64,000 nt of DNA from Candidatus Oxydemutator sp. (GCA_965203445.1 OZ241883.1:1984001-2048000), one strand, 5' to 3'; counted from the stretch's first letter, positions 1 through 11,166 are shown. Numbers and translations: made by a program. The notes: a model not told the origin generated them from the letters alone.

Positions 1-1039
1 CCGCGGCTGGTTCCAGCGCCTGGTCACCCAGAGCCGCCGCGACAAATTGCCGGTCGTGAGCGTCCACCGCGGGCGCCTCGAGAGCAGGCGCGGCGACGTC
101 TTTCCGTATCAGTTTCCGTTTGGCCCCAGCGCGTATGATTTCGCCCATGCCGCGATAAAGCACATGGGCGCGCGCCTCGGTGGCATGGATAAGCTTAAGG
201 GCCTGACCATCGTCACCCTGCACCACGGCTCGCCCTATGGCCGCGAGACCAACGCCTTCCTCGACCATCTCGGCGAGCAGTACGGCTTTCGGCACGAGGC
301 CGTAGAGGTGCTTCACCCGGGCAACGAGCAAGGCTCCCAGTGGCTCCGGGTGCGGAAGCTGAAACCGGCCTTTGTGTTTTTGCGCGGCTGGGGGCTGATG
401 AACCCGGCCGCGATCCAGACCGCGGTGCGCACCGGCTATCAAACGTCGCGCATCATCGGCAATGAGTGGAGCAATTCCGACGAAGACGTGATCCCCGCCG
501 GCAAGGCCGCCGACGGCTACCAGGCGCTGACCGTGCATCGGGCCGGCGCCGACTTTCCGCTGGCGCGGGAGATTCTGGAACGGATCTACAACCAGGGACA
601 GGGCAGCCTGGAGGAGCGGGATCAGATCGGCAGCGGCTACTGGAATCTCGGGGTCTGGATGGCGGTGCTGAGCACGCGGGCGATCCGCGCGGCACAGAAG
701 CGTTTCGGCAAGAAACTGAGCGGCGCAATGGTGCGTTGGGGATTGGAAAACGTCGCCCTGACGCAGGCTGATCTCGATGAATTAGGGCTTGCGCACATGG
801 CGCCCCCAATACGCCCGGGCTGCATGGATCACGGCGCGCTCGATAAGGTTCGCGTCCACCAATGGGACGCCGACAACCGCGAATGGACGATGGTCAGCGA
901 CGACTGGATAGACGGCGGCAGCGATTTTGCACGGCGGCTTATGGATGAAAAGGCGCAGGAATACGCCGGGCGCTATCCTGAGTTCGCGCGACGAGACTGC
1001 GACAACGCCGCGGATCGAGACGACTTCGATCTAAAATAA
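1..1039 (+). CDS. ABC transporter substrate-binding protein (branched-chain amino acid/PBP1-like), 5' end outside the window
   Basis: Frame is open from position 2. Segments [23 protein letters not shown] and C-terminal CxDHG/QWD match the Peripla_BP_6-type family. Confidence 0.75.
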   Translation, partial: RGWFQRLVTQSRRDKLPVVSVHRGRLESRRGDVFPYQFPFGPSAYDFAHAAIKHMGARLGGMDKLKGLTIVTLHHGSPYGRETNAFLDHLGEQYGFRHEAVEVLHPGNEQGSQWLRVRKLKPAFVFLRGWGLMNPAAIQTAVRTGYQTSRIIGNEWSNSDEDVIPAGKAADGYQALTVHRAGADFPLAREILERIYNQGQGSLEERDQIGSGYWNLGVWMAVLSTRAIRAAQKRFGKKLSGAMVRWGLENVALTQADLDELGLAHMAPPIRPGCMDHGALDKVRVHQWDADNREWTMVSDDWIDGGSDFARRLMDEKAQEYAGRYPEFARRDCDNAADRDDFDLK

Positions 1040-1540
1040 CTCCGGCAATTTCAACTTCTCCGACGACGTGACGACGCCGTCGGCGTCGGCGTATACCCAT
1101 TCTCCGGGGACAAACTCGGTCTCGGCAAAATGCACCGGGACGTCGGTCTCGCCGCGGTCTTTTTTTTCGCTTTTGCGCGGGTGGGTGCCGATGGCCTTTA
1201 CCCCGAGATGCAGTTCCCGGATGATTTCCGAATCGCGTATGCAGCCGTTGACGATGACGCCTTCCCACTCGTTGTCTATCGCAAGCTCGGCGAGTTTGTC
1301 GCCGAGCAGGGCGCAGCGCGTCGAGCCGCCGCCGTCCACGACCAGAACCCGCCCGCGGCCGTCGGTTTCCAGCGTCTTTCTGACGAAGGAGTTGTCCTCG
1401 AAGCAGCGCACCGTCGAGATTTTTCCGTGAAAGGTGGTCGGGCGGCCAAAATCGCGTAGCCGCGGCGTCGCACAGGCGACGTTGACGCTGCCCGGAAAGG
1501 CATCGTAGAGATCCGCCGTGTTGATGATTCTGGGTGGCAT
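1031..1540 (-). CDS. rraA: RraA family protein (RNase E regulator / HMG aldolase)
   Basis: Motifs [26 protein letters not shown] and GCIRD. Confidence 0.9.
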   Translation of the reverse strand: MPPRIINTADLYDAFPGSVNVACATPRLRDFGRPTTFHGKISTVRCFEDNSFVRKTLETDGRGRVLVVDGGGSTRCALLGDKLAELAIDNEWEGVIVNGCIRDSEIIRELHLGVKAIGTHPRKSEKKDRGETDVPVHFAETEFVPGEWVYADADGVVTSSEKLKLPELF

Positions 1541-1553
1541 AACGCGGCCGGAA

Positions 1554-1562
1554 TGCTATCAT
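1554..1562 (+). promoter_or_regulatory. Putative extended -10 promoter (TGcTATCAT) for aceA
   Basis: TGnTAnnnT match in the rraA/aceA divergent spacer. Confidence 0.4.
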
Positions 1563-1640
1563 ACAAGGCTTGCCTTTGCATAAGGCCATTTGTCGAACGC
1601 ACTATCACCGCACACAACATCCGGAGGAAACCCGCACGCG

Positions 1641-2915
1641 ATGAGCAGACAAGACATGGTTTCTGAAATTCAGAAAGATTGGGACGACAACCCGCGCTGG
1701 GCCGGGATACGCCGAGGCTACCGTGCCGAGGACGTCGTGCGCCTGCGCGGTTCGGTGCGCGTGGAGCATACGCTGGCGCGCACGGGCGCCGAGAAATTAT
1801 GGGAATTGTTGCAGCGCGAGCCTTACGTGAGCAGCCTGGGCGCACTCACCGGCGGGCAGGCGATGCAGCAGGTCAAGGCCGGGGTCAAGGCCATATACCT
1901 GTCCGGCTGGCAGGTCGCGGCCGACGCCAATCTGTCGCAGGAGATGTATCCCGACCAGTCGCTCTATCCGGCCAACTCGGTGCCCTCCGTGGTGCGACGC
2001 ATCAACAACACGTTCGCGCGCGCCGATCAGATCGCATGGGCGAAGGGCGAGGAGCGGGATTTCTTCGCGCCGATCGTGGCCGACGCCGAGGCCGGTTTCG
2101 GCGGCGTCTTGAATGCTTTCGAGTTGATGAAGGCGATGATCGAGGCGGGCGCCGCCGGCGTGCACTATGAGGATCAGCTCGCTTCGGTAAAGAAGTGCGG
2201 GCACATGGGCGGCAAGGTGCTGGTGCCGACGCGCGAGGCGGTGCAGAAATTGATCGCGGCGCGTCTTGCCGCCGACGTCTGCGGCGTGCCGACGCTGCTG
2301 CTGGCGCGCACCGACGCCCATGCCGCCAATCTGCTGACTACCGACGTGGACGATCACGACAAGCCGTTTCTGACCGGCGAACGCACCGCCGAGGGCTTCT
2401 ATCAGACGCGCGCCGGCTTTGATCAGGCGATTGCCAGGGGGCTTGCCTATGCGCCGTACGCCGATCTGTTGTGGTGCGAGACCGCGGTGCCGGACCTGGA
2501 CGAGGCGTGCCTGTTCGCCGAGGGCATACGCAAGGAGTTCCCGGGCAAGATGCTCGCCTACAACTGCTCGCCTTCGTTCAACTGGAAGCGCAATCTCGAC
2601 GACGAGGGCATCGCCAGGTTTCAGCGCGAACTGGGGGCGATGGGGTACAAGTTTCAATTCATCACCCTCGCCGGCATCCACAACATGTGGTACCACATGT
2701 TCGATCTTTCCGATAACTACGTCAAAACCGGCATGAAAGCCTACGTCGAGATGGTGCAGGAAAAGGAGTTCGAGGCGCTTGCCAGGGGCTATACTTTTTC
2801 CAGCCACCAAGCCGAGGTCGGAACCGGCTATTTCGACGACGTTACGACGGTGATCCAGGGAGGGGCTTCTTCAGTCACGGCCTTGGCCGGATCAACCGAA
2901 GAAGACCAGTTCTAA
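1641..2915 (+). CDS. aceA: Isocitrate lyase
   Basis: Catalytic KKCGH motif, plus [19 protein letters not shown] and [13 protein letters not shown] at 1641 follows a GGAGG Shine-Dalgarno (SD). Confidence 0.97.
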   Translation: MSRQDMVSEIQKDWDDNPRWAGIRRGYRAEDVVRLRGSVRVEHTLARTGAEKLWELLQREPYVSSLGALTGGQAMQQVKAGVKAIYLSGWQVAADANLSQEMYPDQSLYPANSVPSVVRRINNTFARADQIAWAKGEERDFFAPIVADAEAGFGGVLNAFELMKAMIEAGAAGVHYEDQLASVKKCGHMGGKVLVPTREAVQKLIAARLAADVCGVPTLLLARTDAHAANLLTTDVDDHDKPFLTGERTAEGFYQTRAGFDQAIARGLAYAPYADLLWCETAVPDLDEACLFAEGIRKEFPGKMLAYNCSPSFNWKRNLDDEGIARFQRELGAMGYKFQFITLAGIHNMWYHMFDLSDNYVKTGMKAYVEMVQEKEFEALARGYTFSSHQAEVGTGYFDDVTTVIQGGASSVTALAGSTEEDQF

Positions 2916-2945
2916 CCCGGCTTGGGCCGCGCACGCGAGCAGGCG

Positions 2946-4283
2946 GTGAGCACAGCGGCGCCATCCGAGCACGTGCGCCGGCCGGCGCGCGGCGAGCGCA
3001 TCCGGATCGTCGCCGGGCGCGTCGAGGCGCCCGACCATCCCGTCATTCCGTTTATCGAAGGCGACGGCATCGGCGTGGACGTGACGCCGGTCATGCGGCG
3101 GGTGGTGGACGCCGCGGTGCGCCACGCATACGGCGGTCGCAGGCACGTCGAATGGATGGAGGTATACGCCGGCGAGAAGGCGATGACGCTCTACGGGGAA
3201 TGGCTGCCGCGCGAGACCTTCGACTTGATCCGCGAGTACGCGGTCGCAATCAAGGGCCCCCTGACGACGCCGGTCGGAAAGGGCATGCGCTCCTTGAACG
3301 TGGCCATCCGCCAGGATCTGGATTTGTACGCCTGCGTTCGGCCGATCCGTTATTTTCCGGGAACGCCGACGCCGTTGAAGGACTCGGAGACCACCGACAT
3401 GATAGTCTTTCGGGAGAACACCGAGGACATCTACGCCGGGATCGAATGGCCCGCGGAATCCGAAGAGGTCGGGCAAGTGCTGGACTTCCTGATGGATACG
3501 ATGAAAGTCACCGGCATCCGTTTTCCCGAGTCTTCCGGGATCGGCATCAAGCCGGTCTCGCGCGAAGGTTCGCAGCGCCTGATCAGGAAGGCCCTGCGCT
3601 ACGCCATAGACAACGACCGCGGCTCGGTGTCGCTGGTGCACAAAGGCAACATCATGAAGTACACCGAGGGCGCTTTCCGCAACTGGGGCTATGAGCTCGC
3701 GATCAACGAATTCGACGCCGAGAAAATCGGGGACGGGCCCTGGTGCAAGATAACCAACCCCGACAATGGCCGCGAAATCATCGTCAAGGACCTCATCGCG
3801 GACAATTTTCTCCAGCAGATTCTGTTGCGCCCGGACGAATACGACGTCATCGCGACGCTCAACCTGAACGGCGACTACATATCCGACGCGCTCGCGGCCC
3901 AGGTCGGCGGCATCGGCATCGCGCCCGGCGGCAACATGTCCGACACGATCGCCGTGTTCGAGGCGACGCACGGCAGCGCCCCCAAGTACGCCGGCAAAAA
4001 TCGGGTCAATCCCGGTTCGATCATTCTGTCGGCGGAGATGATGCTGCGCCACGTCGGCTGGAGCGAGGCCGCGGATCTCGTCTTGAAAGGCGTCGCCGCC
4101 TCGATCGCGGCCAAGACCGTGACCTACGATCTGGCGCGGGTGCGCGGCGGCCTGTTCACCAGAGGCCGCAGAATCAGCAGCAGCCGCGACGTGGACGCCG
4201 AGCTGCAACGCCTGCTCCCGGGCGCCGTTCTCGTGACCACCAGCGGTTTCGGAGACGAGATCATCAAGAACATGGCGACCTAG
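2946..4283 (+). CDS. icd: NADP-dependent isocitrate dehydrogenase (E. coli type)
   Basis: Motifs IEGDGIG, [17 protein letters not shown], [17 protein letters not shown] and [12 protein letters not shown]. The GTG start at 2946 is inferred. Confidence 0.96.
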   Translation: MSTAAPSEHVRRPARGERIRIVAGRVEAPDHPVIPFIEGDGIGVDVTPVMRRVVDAAVRHAYGGRRHVEWMEVYAGEKAMTLYGEWLPRETFDLIREYAVAIKGPLTTPVGKGMRSLNVAIRQDLDLYACVRPIRYFPGTPTPLKDSETTDMIVFRENTEDIYAGIEWPAESEEVGQVLDFLMDTMKVTGIRFPESSGIGIKPVSREGSQRLIRKALRYAIDNDRGSVSLVHKGNIMKYTEGAFRNWGYELAINEFDAEKIGDGPWCKITNPDNGREIIVKDLIADNFLQQILLRPDEYDVIATLNLNGDYISDALAAQVGGIGIAPGGNMSDTIAVFEATHGSAPKYAGKNRVNPGSIILSAEMMLRHVGWSEAADLVLKGVAASIAAKTVTYDLARVRGGLFTRGRRISSSRDVDAELQRLLPGAVLVTTSGFGDEIIKNMAT

Positions 4284-4435
4284 GGTACGGGCCCTGGCCG
4301 CCCGCCGCGCGACGAGCCGACCGGCGGAAAGGCCGTCGCCGTTCCGTTTATAATAATCAACGCGCTTGGGTGCGCCAGTCGCGTCATTTGCGGCGTGCCC
4401 GCGACCGCGCGTAGCAGGCGGCATACCAACGGACT

Positions 4436-4813
4436 ATGAAAGGACTTTTGCTGATTGCCCACGGCAGCAGCCGTCAGGCGTCCAACGACGAGATCAAGCG
4501 GCTTGCCGAGCGGCTGCGACGCAAGACGCCCGAGCGTTTCCAGTACATAGCCTACGCTTTTCTCGAAATGGCACAGCCGTCTATATCCGAAGGCATACAG
4601 AAGTGTCTGGACGTGGGCGTCAACGAGTTGTACGTGCTGCCGTATTTCCTGGCCAAGGGGAAACACGTGGCCGAGGACATTCCGGCCGAGATTTCGCGCA
4701 AGCGGCTCGAGAATCCGCGCGTCAAGATACACTTGTGCGGCCACCTGGGAAGGTCGGAGGAAGCGATGGCCGACCTGTTGTTGTACGTCGCGGAGCAGGA
4801 AGCGAGTGGATAA
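4436..4813 (+). CDS. Short CbiX/SirB sirohydrochlorin chelatase domain protein
   Basis: Motifs LLIAHGSS, AFLEMAQPSI and PYFLAKGKHVAEDIP. Confidence 0.88.
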   Translation: MKGLLLIAHGSSRQASNDEIKRLAERLRRKTPERFQYIAYAFLEMAQPSISEGIQKCLDVGVNELYVLPYFLAKGKHVAEDIPAEISRKRLENPRVKIHLCGHLGRSEEAMADLLLYVAEQEASG

Positions 4814-5243
4814 ACGAACCGCGGGCGTCCTGATCGAGCGCAACCCGCTGAAGCGTCGCCTGCTGTTCGCGGCCGGGCACGTGTGCGTGCTGCTCGGTTT
4901 GCTGGCGCTGTTGTTGCCGGTGGTTCCGACTTCGCCTTTTCTGATCATAGGCGCCGCCTGCTACGCGCGTTCTTCCGAGAAGTTTTACCACCTGCTGTTG
5001 CGAAACAAGTATTTCGGCCCGATGATACGGCAGTGGGAGCGCAACCGCTGCCTCGAGAAAAAATTCAAGCTGGCCGCGTTCGCGGTTCTGGCCGCGGCTT
5101 TTCTGTCGTCGAGCTTTTTGTTCCTCGAGAACTGGATGGCGCGCGCGCTGCTGTTGGCGTTCGGCCTGGCGTTTATCGCGTTCGTGGCGAGCGTCCCCAC
5201 TTGCCCGAACGCCGCGCACTCGGGACGCGACCATGCCCGTTGA
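4806..5243 (+). CDS. YbaN/DUF454 inner membrane protein
   Basis: Motif LPVVPTSPFLI..AACYARSS..F...LL....FGP.I..W. Confidence 0.88.
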   Translation: MDKRTAGVLIERNPLKRRLLFAAGHVCVLLGLLALLLPVVPTSPFLIIGAACYARSSEKFYHLLLRNKYFGPMIRQWERNRCLEKKFKLAAFAVLAAAFLSSSFLFLENWMARALLLAFGLAFIAFVASVPTCPNAAHSGRDHAR

Positions 5244-6378
5244 GGTGCCGCCGGCGACCAGGATAAGAAAATTATCCGGCGACTACGGCATGAGCGGCTT
5301 CGTCATGCGCCGTGGCGGCGTGCTGCCGGAGGTGCACGTCGGCTACGAGACCTGGGGCGCGCTCTCGCAAAACCGCGACAACGCGGTGCTGCTGTTCACC
5401 GGTCTGTCGCCGTCGGCGCATGCGTGCTCCTCCCCCGAAGACCCTTCCGCCGGCTGGTGGGAGTACATGATCGGGCGCGGCAAGCCGATAGACACCGACC
5501 GCTTCTACGTGATCTGCGTCAATTCGCTCGGCAGCTGCTTCGGCTCGACGTCGCCGTCCTCGATAGATCCCGGCAGCGGCGAACGCTACGGCCTGCGTTT
5601 CCCGGAATTGACGATAGAGGACATCGCCAAGGCCGGGCATCATCTGCTGAACGACTTGAACATCGATCATCTGTTCGCCGTCGTCGGCGCCTCGATGGGC
5701 GGCATGAGCGCGCTCGCCTACGCGCTTCAGTACCCCGACGAGGTCACGTATCTGATCTGCATTTCCGCGGCCACGCGCGCGCTGCCGTTCACGATCGCGC
5801 TGCGCTCGCTACAGCGCGAAATCATCCGCTGCGATCCGAATTGGAACGACGGCGCCTATGCCGAGGAGGCGGCGCCCGATTGCGGCATGGTGCTGGCGCG
5901 CAAGCTGGGTTTGATGTCCTACCGCGCCGCCGCCGAGTGGCGCCACCGCTTCGACCGCGCCAGGATGCCGCCGTCGCGCCGCGCGCGCGACGCGTTCTCG
6001 CTCGAGTTCGAGATCGAGTCCTATCTCGACTACAACGCCCGCAAATTCGTCGCGTCCTTCGACGCCAACAGCTACCTGTATCTGTCGCGCGCGCTCGACT
6101 GGTTCGACGTCGCCGATCACGGGGGATCGGTCAACGCCGGCCTGGCGCGCCTGCACGCCAGGCGCTCGCTGATCGTGGGCGTCTCCACCGACATCCTGTT
6201 TCCGTTGGAGCAGCAGCGCGAGATCGCCGGCGGACTCGAGAAGGCGGGCCGGGAAGTCGAGTTCGTCGTGCTCGACACGATCCACGGCCACGATTCTTTC
6301 CTGATAGACGAGGAGCACTTCGCGCCGGTGGTGAGGCGCTTCGTCGCCCGCGCGGCGCGCGAGGAGCAGCTGGCGTAG
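5233..6378 (+). CDS. metX: MetX-family O-acyltransferase, TGLSP (serine O-acyl) subtype
   Basis: GASMGG nucleophile elbow, NSLGSCFGST, FDANSYLYLS and HGHDSFL. The oxyanion-loop region reads TGLSP. Confidence 0.85.
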   Translation: MPVEVPPATRIRKLSGDYGMSGFVMRRGGVLPEVHVGYETWGALSQNRDNAVLLFTGLSPSAHACSSPEDPSAGWWEYMIGRGKPIDTDRFYVICVNSLGSCFGSTSPSSIDPGSGERYGLRFPELTIEDIAKAGHHLLNDLNIDHLFAVVGASMGGMSALAYALQYPDEVTYLICISAATRALPFTIALRSLQREIIRCDPNWNDGAYAEEAAPDCGMVLARKLGLMSYRAAAEWRHRFDRARMPPSRRARDAFSLEFEIESYLDYNARKFVASFDANSYLYLSRALDWFDVADHGGSVNAGLARLHARRSLIVGVSTDILFPLEQQREIAGGLEKAGREVEFVVLDTIHGHDSFLIDEEHFAPVVRRFVARAAREEQLA

Positions 6379-6428
6379 CCGCGCCCGCGCCGGCTGTGCC
6401 GGCCGGGCCGGCTGCGCTCGTTCGGCGG

Positions 6429-7799
6429 CTATCTCTCTTCTATCGGCGTGAACGACCTTGCGCGGCTGCCGGTGTAAAGCTGGCGCGGACGTCCCAGGCG
6501 CGTGTGCGCGTCCGCCATCATCTCGTTCCAGTGGCTGATCCAGCCGATGGTGCGCGCCAGCGCGAAGATCACCGTGAACATGTCGCGCGGCAACCCCATT
6601 GCGTTCAGAATGATGCCGGAATAGAAGTCCACGTTCGGGTACAGTTTGCGCGAGATGAAATAGTCGTCCTCGAGCGCGATTTTCTCCAGGCGTCTGGCGG
6701 TCTCCAGCAGCGGCCGCTGGCCCTCGTCCTCGAGCTGCGCCAGCAGCTCGAGGCAGGTTCCGCGCAGGATCCTGGCGCGCGGATCGTAGTTCTTATACAC
6801 CCGGTGGCCGAAGCCCATCAGCCGGAAGTGGTCGTTCTTGTCCTTGGCGCGCTTGATGTAGTAATCGAGCGGGCGCCCCGAGTCGACGATGGTCTCCAAC
6901 ATGTGGATGACGGCCTCGTTGGCGCCGCCGTGGGCGGCGCCCCACAGCGACGTGACGCCGGCGGCCAGCGCCGCGTACGGGTTGGTCTCGGTGCTGCCGC
7001 TCAGGCGCACGGTGGAAGTCGAGGCGTTTTGCTCGTGGTCGGCGTGCAACAACAGTATCAGATCCATGGCCGCGGCGAATTTTTTCCTCAAGGCCGGTCT
7101 GCCGTCGAAATCTCCGAACGCCATCTCCAGGAAACCCTCGGTGTACGAAAGCTCCGGATCGCGCTCGCTAAGGGCCTCGCCGTTGCGGTAGCGCACTATC
7201 CAGGCGGCGATCGTCGCCGTCTTCGCGATCAGGCGGTGCGCCGCGCGTTCGCGGTAGCGCGGGTCGTGGATCGCCAACTCCTGATGGTAGAGCGCCGCCA
7301 GGTAGCTGACCGCCGCCATCAGCATGGCCATCGGGTGACGCTCCCTGCCGAAGCCGTCGAACAGCGACGTGAGCGCCCGCTTGTCGAGTCCGCCGCGCGC
7401 GAGAATACTGCGGTTGAACTCGTCCAGCTGCCGGCGCTTGGGCAACTCCCCGTACAGCAGCAGGTAGCAGACTTCCGGATAGTTGCTGTTTTCGGCCAGC
7501 TGCTCGATGGTGTAGCCGCGGTAGCTCAGCAGACCGCGGGCGCCGTCTATATAGGTGATCTTGCTCTCGCAGCTCGCGGTCGAGACGAACCCCGGATCGA
7601 ACGTGAAGTAGCCCAATTCGGAGTATATCGGGCGGATGTCTATGATGTCCGGGCCGACGCTGGACTCCAGAACCGGCAGTGTGATTTCCTTGTCCGCCTG
7701 CGGATCGGTCAGTTTGACTGTTTTGTTTCCCACTTTTGTGTCGCTTCGAGGTTCCGTCGGCGCTGCCAGTGGACTTTTGCGTTTGGAATAATCAATCAT
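6429..7799 (-). CDS. gltA: Citrate synthase (type II)
   Basis: Motifs FDPGF.STASCES.ITYIDG, LHADHEQNAST, HGGANE, MGFGHRVYKNYDPR and YPNVDFYSG. Confidence 0.97.
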   Translation of the reverse strand: MIDYSKRKSPLAAPTEPRSDTKVGNKTVKLTDPQADKEITLPVLESSVGPDIIDIRPIYSELGYFTFDPGFVSTASCESKITYIDGARGLLSYRGYTIEQLAENSNYPEVCYLLLYGELPKRRQLDEFNRSILARGGLDKRALTSLFDGFGRERHPMAMLMAAVSYLAALYHQELAIHDPRYRERAAHRLIAKTATIAAWIVRYRNGEALSERDPELSYTEGFLEMAFGDFDGRPALRKKFAAAMDLILLLHADHEQNASTSTVRLSGSTETNPYAALAAGVTSLWGAAHGGANEAVIHMLETIVDSGRPLDYYIKRAKDKNDHFRLMGFGHRVYKNYDPRARILRGTCLELLAQLEDEGQRPLLETARRLEKIALEDDYFISRKLYPNVDFYSGIILNAMGLPRDMFTVIFALARTIGWISHWNEMMADAHTRLGRPRQLYTGSRARSFTPIEER

Positions 7800-7950
7800 T
7801 ATATACGATGTGCCCGGCGAACCAAAGCGGACGCCGCCGGGCGCGCGGCATGCAGCCGTCGGGCGCGCACATATACGCGACGTGCTCGTGCGGAAAAGTT
7901 TTTGCCTCTTGTGCGTTCTCGGCGACCCTCTCGGCTACGTACAGTAATTG

Positions 7951-7987
7951 ATAAAAGCGAACGTTAAGAGAAATAATATGCAGCAAT
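7951..7987 (+). promoter_or_regulatory. Putative OxyR-type binding site upstream of catalase
   Basis: ATAA-N7-CGTT-N7-ATAA-N7-CAAT has exactly the OxyR spacing (ATAG-N7-CTAT-N7-ATAG-N7-CTAT). It lies just upstream of TTGACT (8001-8006) and CATGAT (8023-8028). Confidence 0.65.
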
Positions 7988-8073
7988 CACAAAAATTAAA
8001 TTGACTAATCCGCATCCGCGCCCATGATTACGCGCATGGCTGCACAACACAAACGCAGCCGGGAGGCAATAGC

Positions 8074-9537
8074 ATGAGCAAACAAGATAAGAACCGCAGA
8101 CCGACCCTGACGACCGCGGCCGGGATCCCGGTGGCGGACAACCAGAACAGTCTTACCGCCGGCGCCCGCGGGCCGTTGTTGGTTCAGGACAGCCAGCTGT
8201 TCGAGAAGCACGCGCATTTCAACCGCGAGCGCATTCCGGAGCGCGTCGTGCACGCCAAGGGTTCCGCCGCGTACGGAACGTTGCGCGTCGAGCACGACGT
8301 CAGCGACTACACCAGGGCCGGGTTGTTCGGGCGCGTCGGCAACGAGGCCGAGTGCTTTTTGCGCTTTTCGACCGTCGCCGGCGAACGCGGCGCGGCGGAC
8401 GCCGAGCGCGACGTGCGCGGCTTCGCGCTCAAGGTGTACACCGAGGAGGGCAACTGGGACGTGGTCGGCAACAACACGCCGGTGTTCTTCGTCCGCGATC
8501 CGTACAAGTTTCCCGACTTCATCCGCACGCAGAAGCGCGACCCGCGCACCAATCTGCGTTCGCCGACCGCGATGTGGGACTTCTGGTCGTTGTCGCCCGA
8601 AAGCCTGCACCAGGTCACGATCCTGTTCTCCGACCGCGGTCTGCCGAGGAGCTACCGTCACGTGAACGGCTATGGTTCGCACACCTACAGTTTCATCAAC
8701 GCCGGCGGCGAGCGCTTCTGGGTCAAGTTCCACTTCAAGACGAAGCAGGGCATCGAGTTTTTGACCGACGAAGAGGCGGCGCACCTGGTCGGCGGCGACC
8801 GCGAGACGCATCAGCGCGACCTGTACGACGCCATCGCCAGGGGCGAGTATCCCCAATGGCGCTTCTGCGTGCAGATCATGCCCGAGGCCGACGCCGACAA
8901 GACGCCGTACAACCCGTTCGACTTGACCAAGGTCTGGCCGCACCGCGACTACCCGTTGATCGAGGTCGGCACGCTGGAGCTGAACCGCAATCCGGAGAAC
9001 TACTTCGCCGAGGTCGAGCAATCCAGCTTCTCCCCGGCCAACGTGGTGCCCGGCATCGGCCACAGCCCGGACAAAATGCTCCAGTTCCGCGTGTTCTCCT
9101 ACGCCGACGCGCATCGCTACCGCTTAGGGATCAACTATGAGGCGTTGCCGGTCAACCGCCCCAGGTGCCCGGTACATTCCTACCACCGCGACGGCGCGAT
9201 GCGTTTCGACGGCAACGGCGGAGGCGCGGTGCACTACGAGCCGAACAGTTTCGGCGGCCCGGTGGAGGATCGCGCGTACCGCGAGCCGCCGCTGGCGATA
9301 GACGGCGCCGCCGATCGCTACGACCACCGCGACGGCAACGACGACTACGCCCAGGCCGGCGATCTCTTCCGTCTGATGGGGCGCGGGCAACAACAGCGGT
9401 TGTTCGCCAATATCGCCCGTGCGATGGCCGGCGTGCCGGAGGCGATAGTCCGACGCCAGATCGCGCACTTTGCGAAGGCCGATCCGGCCTACGGCGAGGG
9501 CGTGGCGCGGGCGTTGGGCGTCAAAAAGGCGGCGTGA
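8074..9537 (+). CDS. katA: Monofunctional heme catalase (small subunit)
   Basis: Motifs [34 protein letters not shown] and proximal-heme [14 protein letters not shown]. Confidence 0.97.
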   Translation: MSKQDKNRRPTLTTAAGIPVADNQNSLTAGARGPLLVQDSQLFEKHAHFNRERIPERVVHAKGSAAYGTLRVEHDVSDYTRAGLFGRVGNEAECFLRFSTVAGERGAADAERDVRGFALKVYTEEGNWDVVGNNTPVFFVRDPYKFPDFIRTQKRDPRTNLRSPTAMWDFWSLSPESLHQVTILFSDRGLPRSYRHVNGYGSHTYSFINAGGERFWVKFHFKTKQGIEFLTDEEAAHLVGGDRETHQRDLYDAIARGEYPQWRFCVQIMPEADADKTPYNPFDLTKVWPHRDYPLIEVGTLELNRNPENYFAEVEQSSFSPANVVPGIGHSPDKMLQFRVFSYADAHRYRLGINYEALPVNRPRCPVHSYHRDGAMRFDGNGGGAVHYEPNSFGGPVEDRAYREPPLAIDGAADRYDHRDGNDDYAQAGDLFRLMGRGQQQRLFANIARAMAGVPEAIVRRQIAHFAKADPAYGEGVARALGVKKAA

Positions 9538-9671
9538 GCGCCGGCGGCGACCGGCTCGCTGACGAAACCGGCTGGGCGCCGGCGGACGGCGAACCGGTCG
9601 TCGCCGTCGTCCGTCGTTTGTCGGCGCCGATGAGGAAGGTGCGGGTGGCGCCGGCTCCGCGCGGGATGGGT

Positions 9672-10205
9672 TCAGGGGCGGGTATCGTCCAGTCCGAAAC
9701 GTTCGACGATAAAATCGGCGACGCCGCCGGGATCGTCGAGGGCGATGACCGGGATGCCGGCGTCGCCGGCGTGTTCATCGTTCGTCGCCAACGCGATGAC
9801 GTTGTCGTCGTCGGGGTAGAGGGGCGGTCTGCCCAGTTCTTTGCGGTACAGTTCGATTTTCGGGAACGCCTCGTGTTTGAAGCCTTCCACCAGTACCAGA
9901 TCGAGCGTCTCGCGCGTGATGATCTCGATCAGCCGCTCCAGCGAGGCCTCCCGGTCGGCGTCAAAATGCTCGTGTATCAGCGCCCAGCGCCGGCTCGACG
10001 ATACCAGGGTGCGCCGCGCACCGGCGTGCCTGAGTTCGTAGCTATCCTTGCCGGGTCGGTCGGTGTCAAAATTGTGGTGCGCGTGTTTGATCACGCCGAC
10101 GCGCAGGCCGTGCGCCCTCAGGACGCGCAGCAGTTGGACCAGCAGCGTGGTTTTGCCGGTGCCGCTGTGGGCGCAGAAACCGACGACGGGGCAGGGCGCG
10201 TTCAC
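9672..10205 (-). CDS. mobB: Molybdopterin-guanine dinucleotide biosynthesis protein B
   Basis: P-loop SGTGKTT, IKHAHHNFDTDRPGKDSY and LVEGFK. Confidence 0.95.
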   Translation of the reverse strand: MNAPCPVVGFCAHSGTGKTTLLVQLLRVLRAHGLRVGVIKHAHHNFDTDRPGKDSYELRHAGARRTLVSSSRRWALIHEHFDADREASLERLIEIITRETLDLVLVEGFKHEAFPKIELYRKELGRPPLYPDDDNVIALATNDEHAGDAGIPVIALDDPGGVADFIVERFGLDDTRP

Positions 10206-10804
10206 GCGCGGGCACCGGCCGCGGCCACTTGTTCGGGCGTGTTGAGGTTCGCAAAAGTCTCGGCCTGATCGCTGAAATCGCAGAACGCGGTCGGCACGCG
10301 CTCAAACCAGAGGTCTATCTTGCGCCCGCCGTCGCCGAGAAAATCACGCAGCGAGCCGTGCAGCGACGTTTTCATCAGGCAGAACACCGGATGCAGGCGT
10401 CGCCCGTCAAAGGCGACGGCGAGGTCGGCCCGTTCACGCGCCAAGGTTCGGTACAAGCGCGACACCAATTCCGCCGACAGCCGCGGGCTGTCGCACGGGA
10501 CTACGGCCATGCAGGGCGTCGCGGCCGCGGCCGCGGCCGCGCAGATGCCGGCGAGAGGCCCCTGGAAACCGCCGAAGCCGTCGCTGACCACCGGGTATCC
10601 GTAGGCGCGATAGCGCTCGAGGTTGCGGTTCGCGCTGATCATCAGCGCGCCCACCTGCGGTTTTAGCGCCGCGATGGCGTGCTCGACAAAAGGCCGTCCG
10701 GCGAGCATCGCCAGCCCCTTGTCGACGCCGCCCATGCGCGCGCCCTTGCCGCCGGCGAGGATGACGCCGGTGACGTCGCTTAGCGGGTAACGAGGCTGGT
10801 TCAT
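10202..10804 (-). CDS. mobA: Molybdenum cofactor guanylyltransferase
   Basis: Motifs ILAGGKGARMGGVDKGL, GPLAG, VPCDSP and FANLNTP. Confidence 0.95.
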   Translation of the reverse strand: MNQPRYPLSDVTGVILAGGKGARMGGVDKGLAMLAGRPFVEHAIAALKPQVGALMISANRNLERYRAYGYPVVSDGFGGFQGPLAGICAAAAAAATPCMAVVPCDSPRLSAELVSRLYRTLARERADLAVAFDGRRLHPVFCLMKTSLHGSLRDFLGDGGRKIDLWFERVPTAFCDFSDQAETFANLNTPEQVAAAGARA

Positions 10805-10863
10805 GCTGCCTTATAATATACCGACGATCGTTCTCGTGGAAAGCGACCATAGGGAGGCAACAC

Positions 10864-11166
10864 GTGTCGGATGTGAGCGATGAAACCAGAGTGCAGGTCG
10901 AGGCCGCCGTGTATCGGCGGCTGATCGAGCACCTGCGCGCGCACCCCGAGGTGCAGAACGTGGATTTGATGAATCTCGCGGATTTCTGCCGCAACTGTCT
11001 TGCCAAATGGTACGTCGCCGCGGCCGCGGAACGCGGCGTCGAGATCGACTATGAGCGGGCACGCGAGATCATCTACGGCATGGCGTATTCCGAATGGAAG
11101 ACGCGCCACCAGAAACCGGCGACGCCGCAACAGCGGGAGGCCTGGAAGGCGCGGCGCGAGACGTGA
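10864..11166 (+). CDS. DUF1244 family protein
   Basis: Motif VQNVDLMNLADFCRNCLAKWY...YGMAYSEWK..HQ. Confidence 0.85.
   Translation: MSDVSDETRVQVEAAVYRRLIEHLRAHPEVQNVDLMNLADFCRNCLAKWYVAAAAERGVEIDYERAREIIYGMAYSEWKTRHQKPATPQQREAWKARRET

Noticed and set aside
5424-7967. 847-aa ORF and other long overlapping ORFs (e.g. 19480-21318, 31604-33511, 48940-50325, 62285-63556)
   Set aside because: These are shadow frames of well-supported genes in high-GC DNA. They are Arg/Ala/Gly-rich and carry no family motifs.
9538-9671. Hammerhead-like CTGACGA in the katA-mobB spacer (also near 41048 and 41120)
   Set aside because: I could not build the required stems with a correctly placed GAAA core. This is more likely GC-rich terminator-like sequence.
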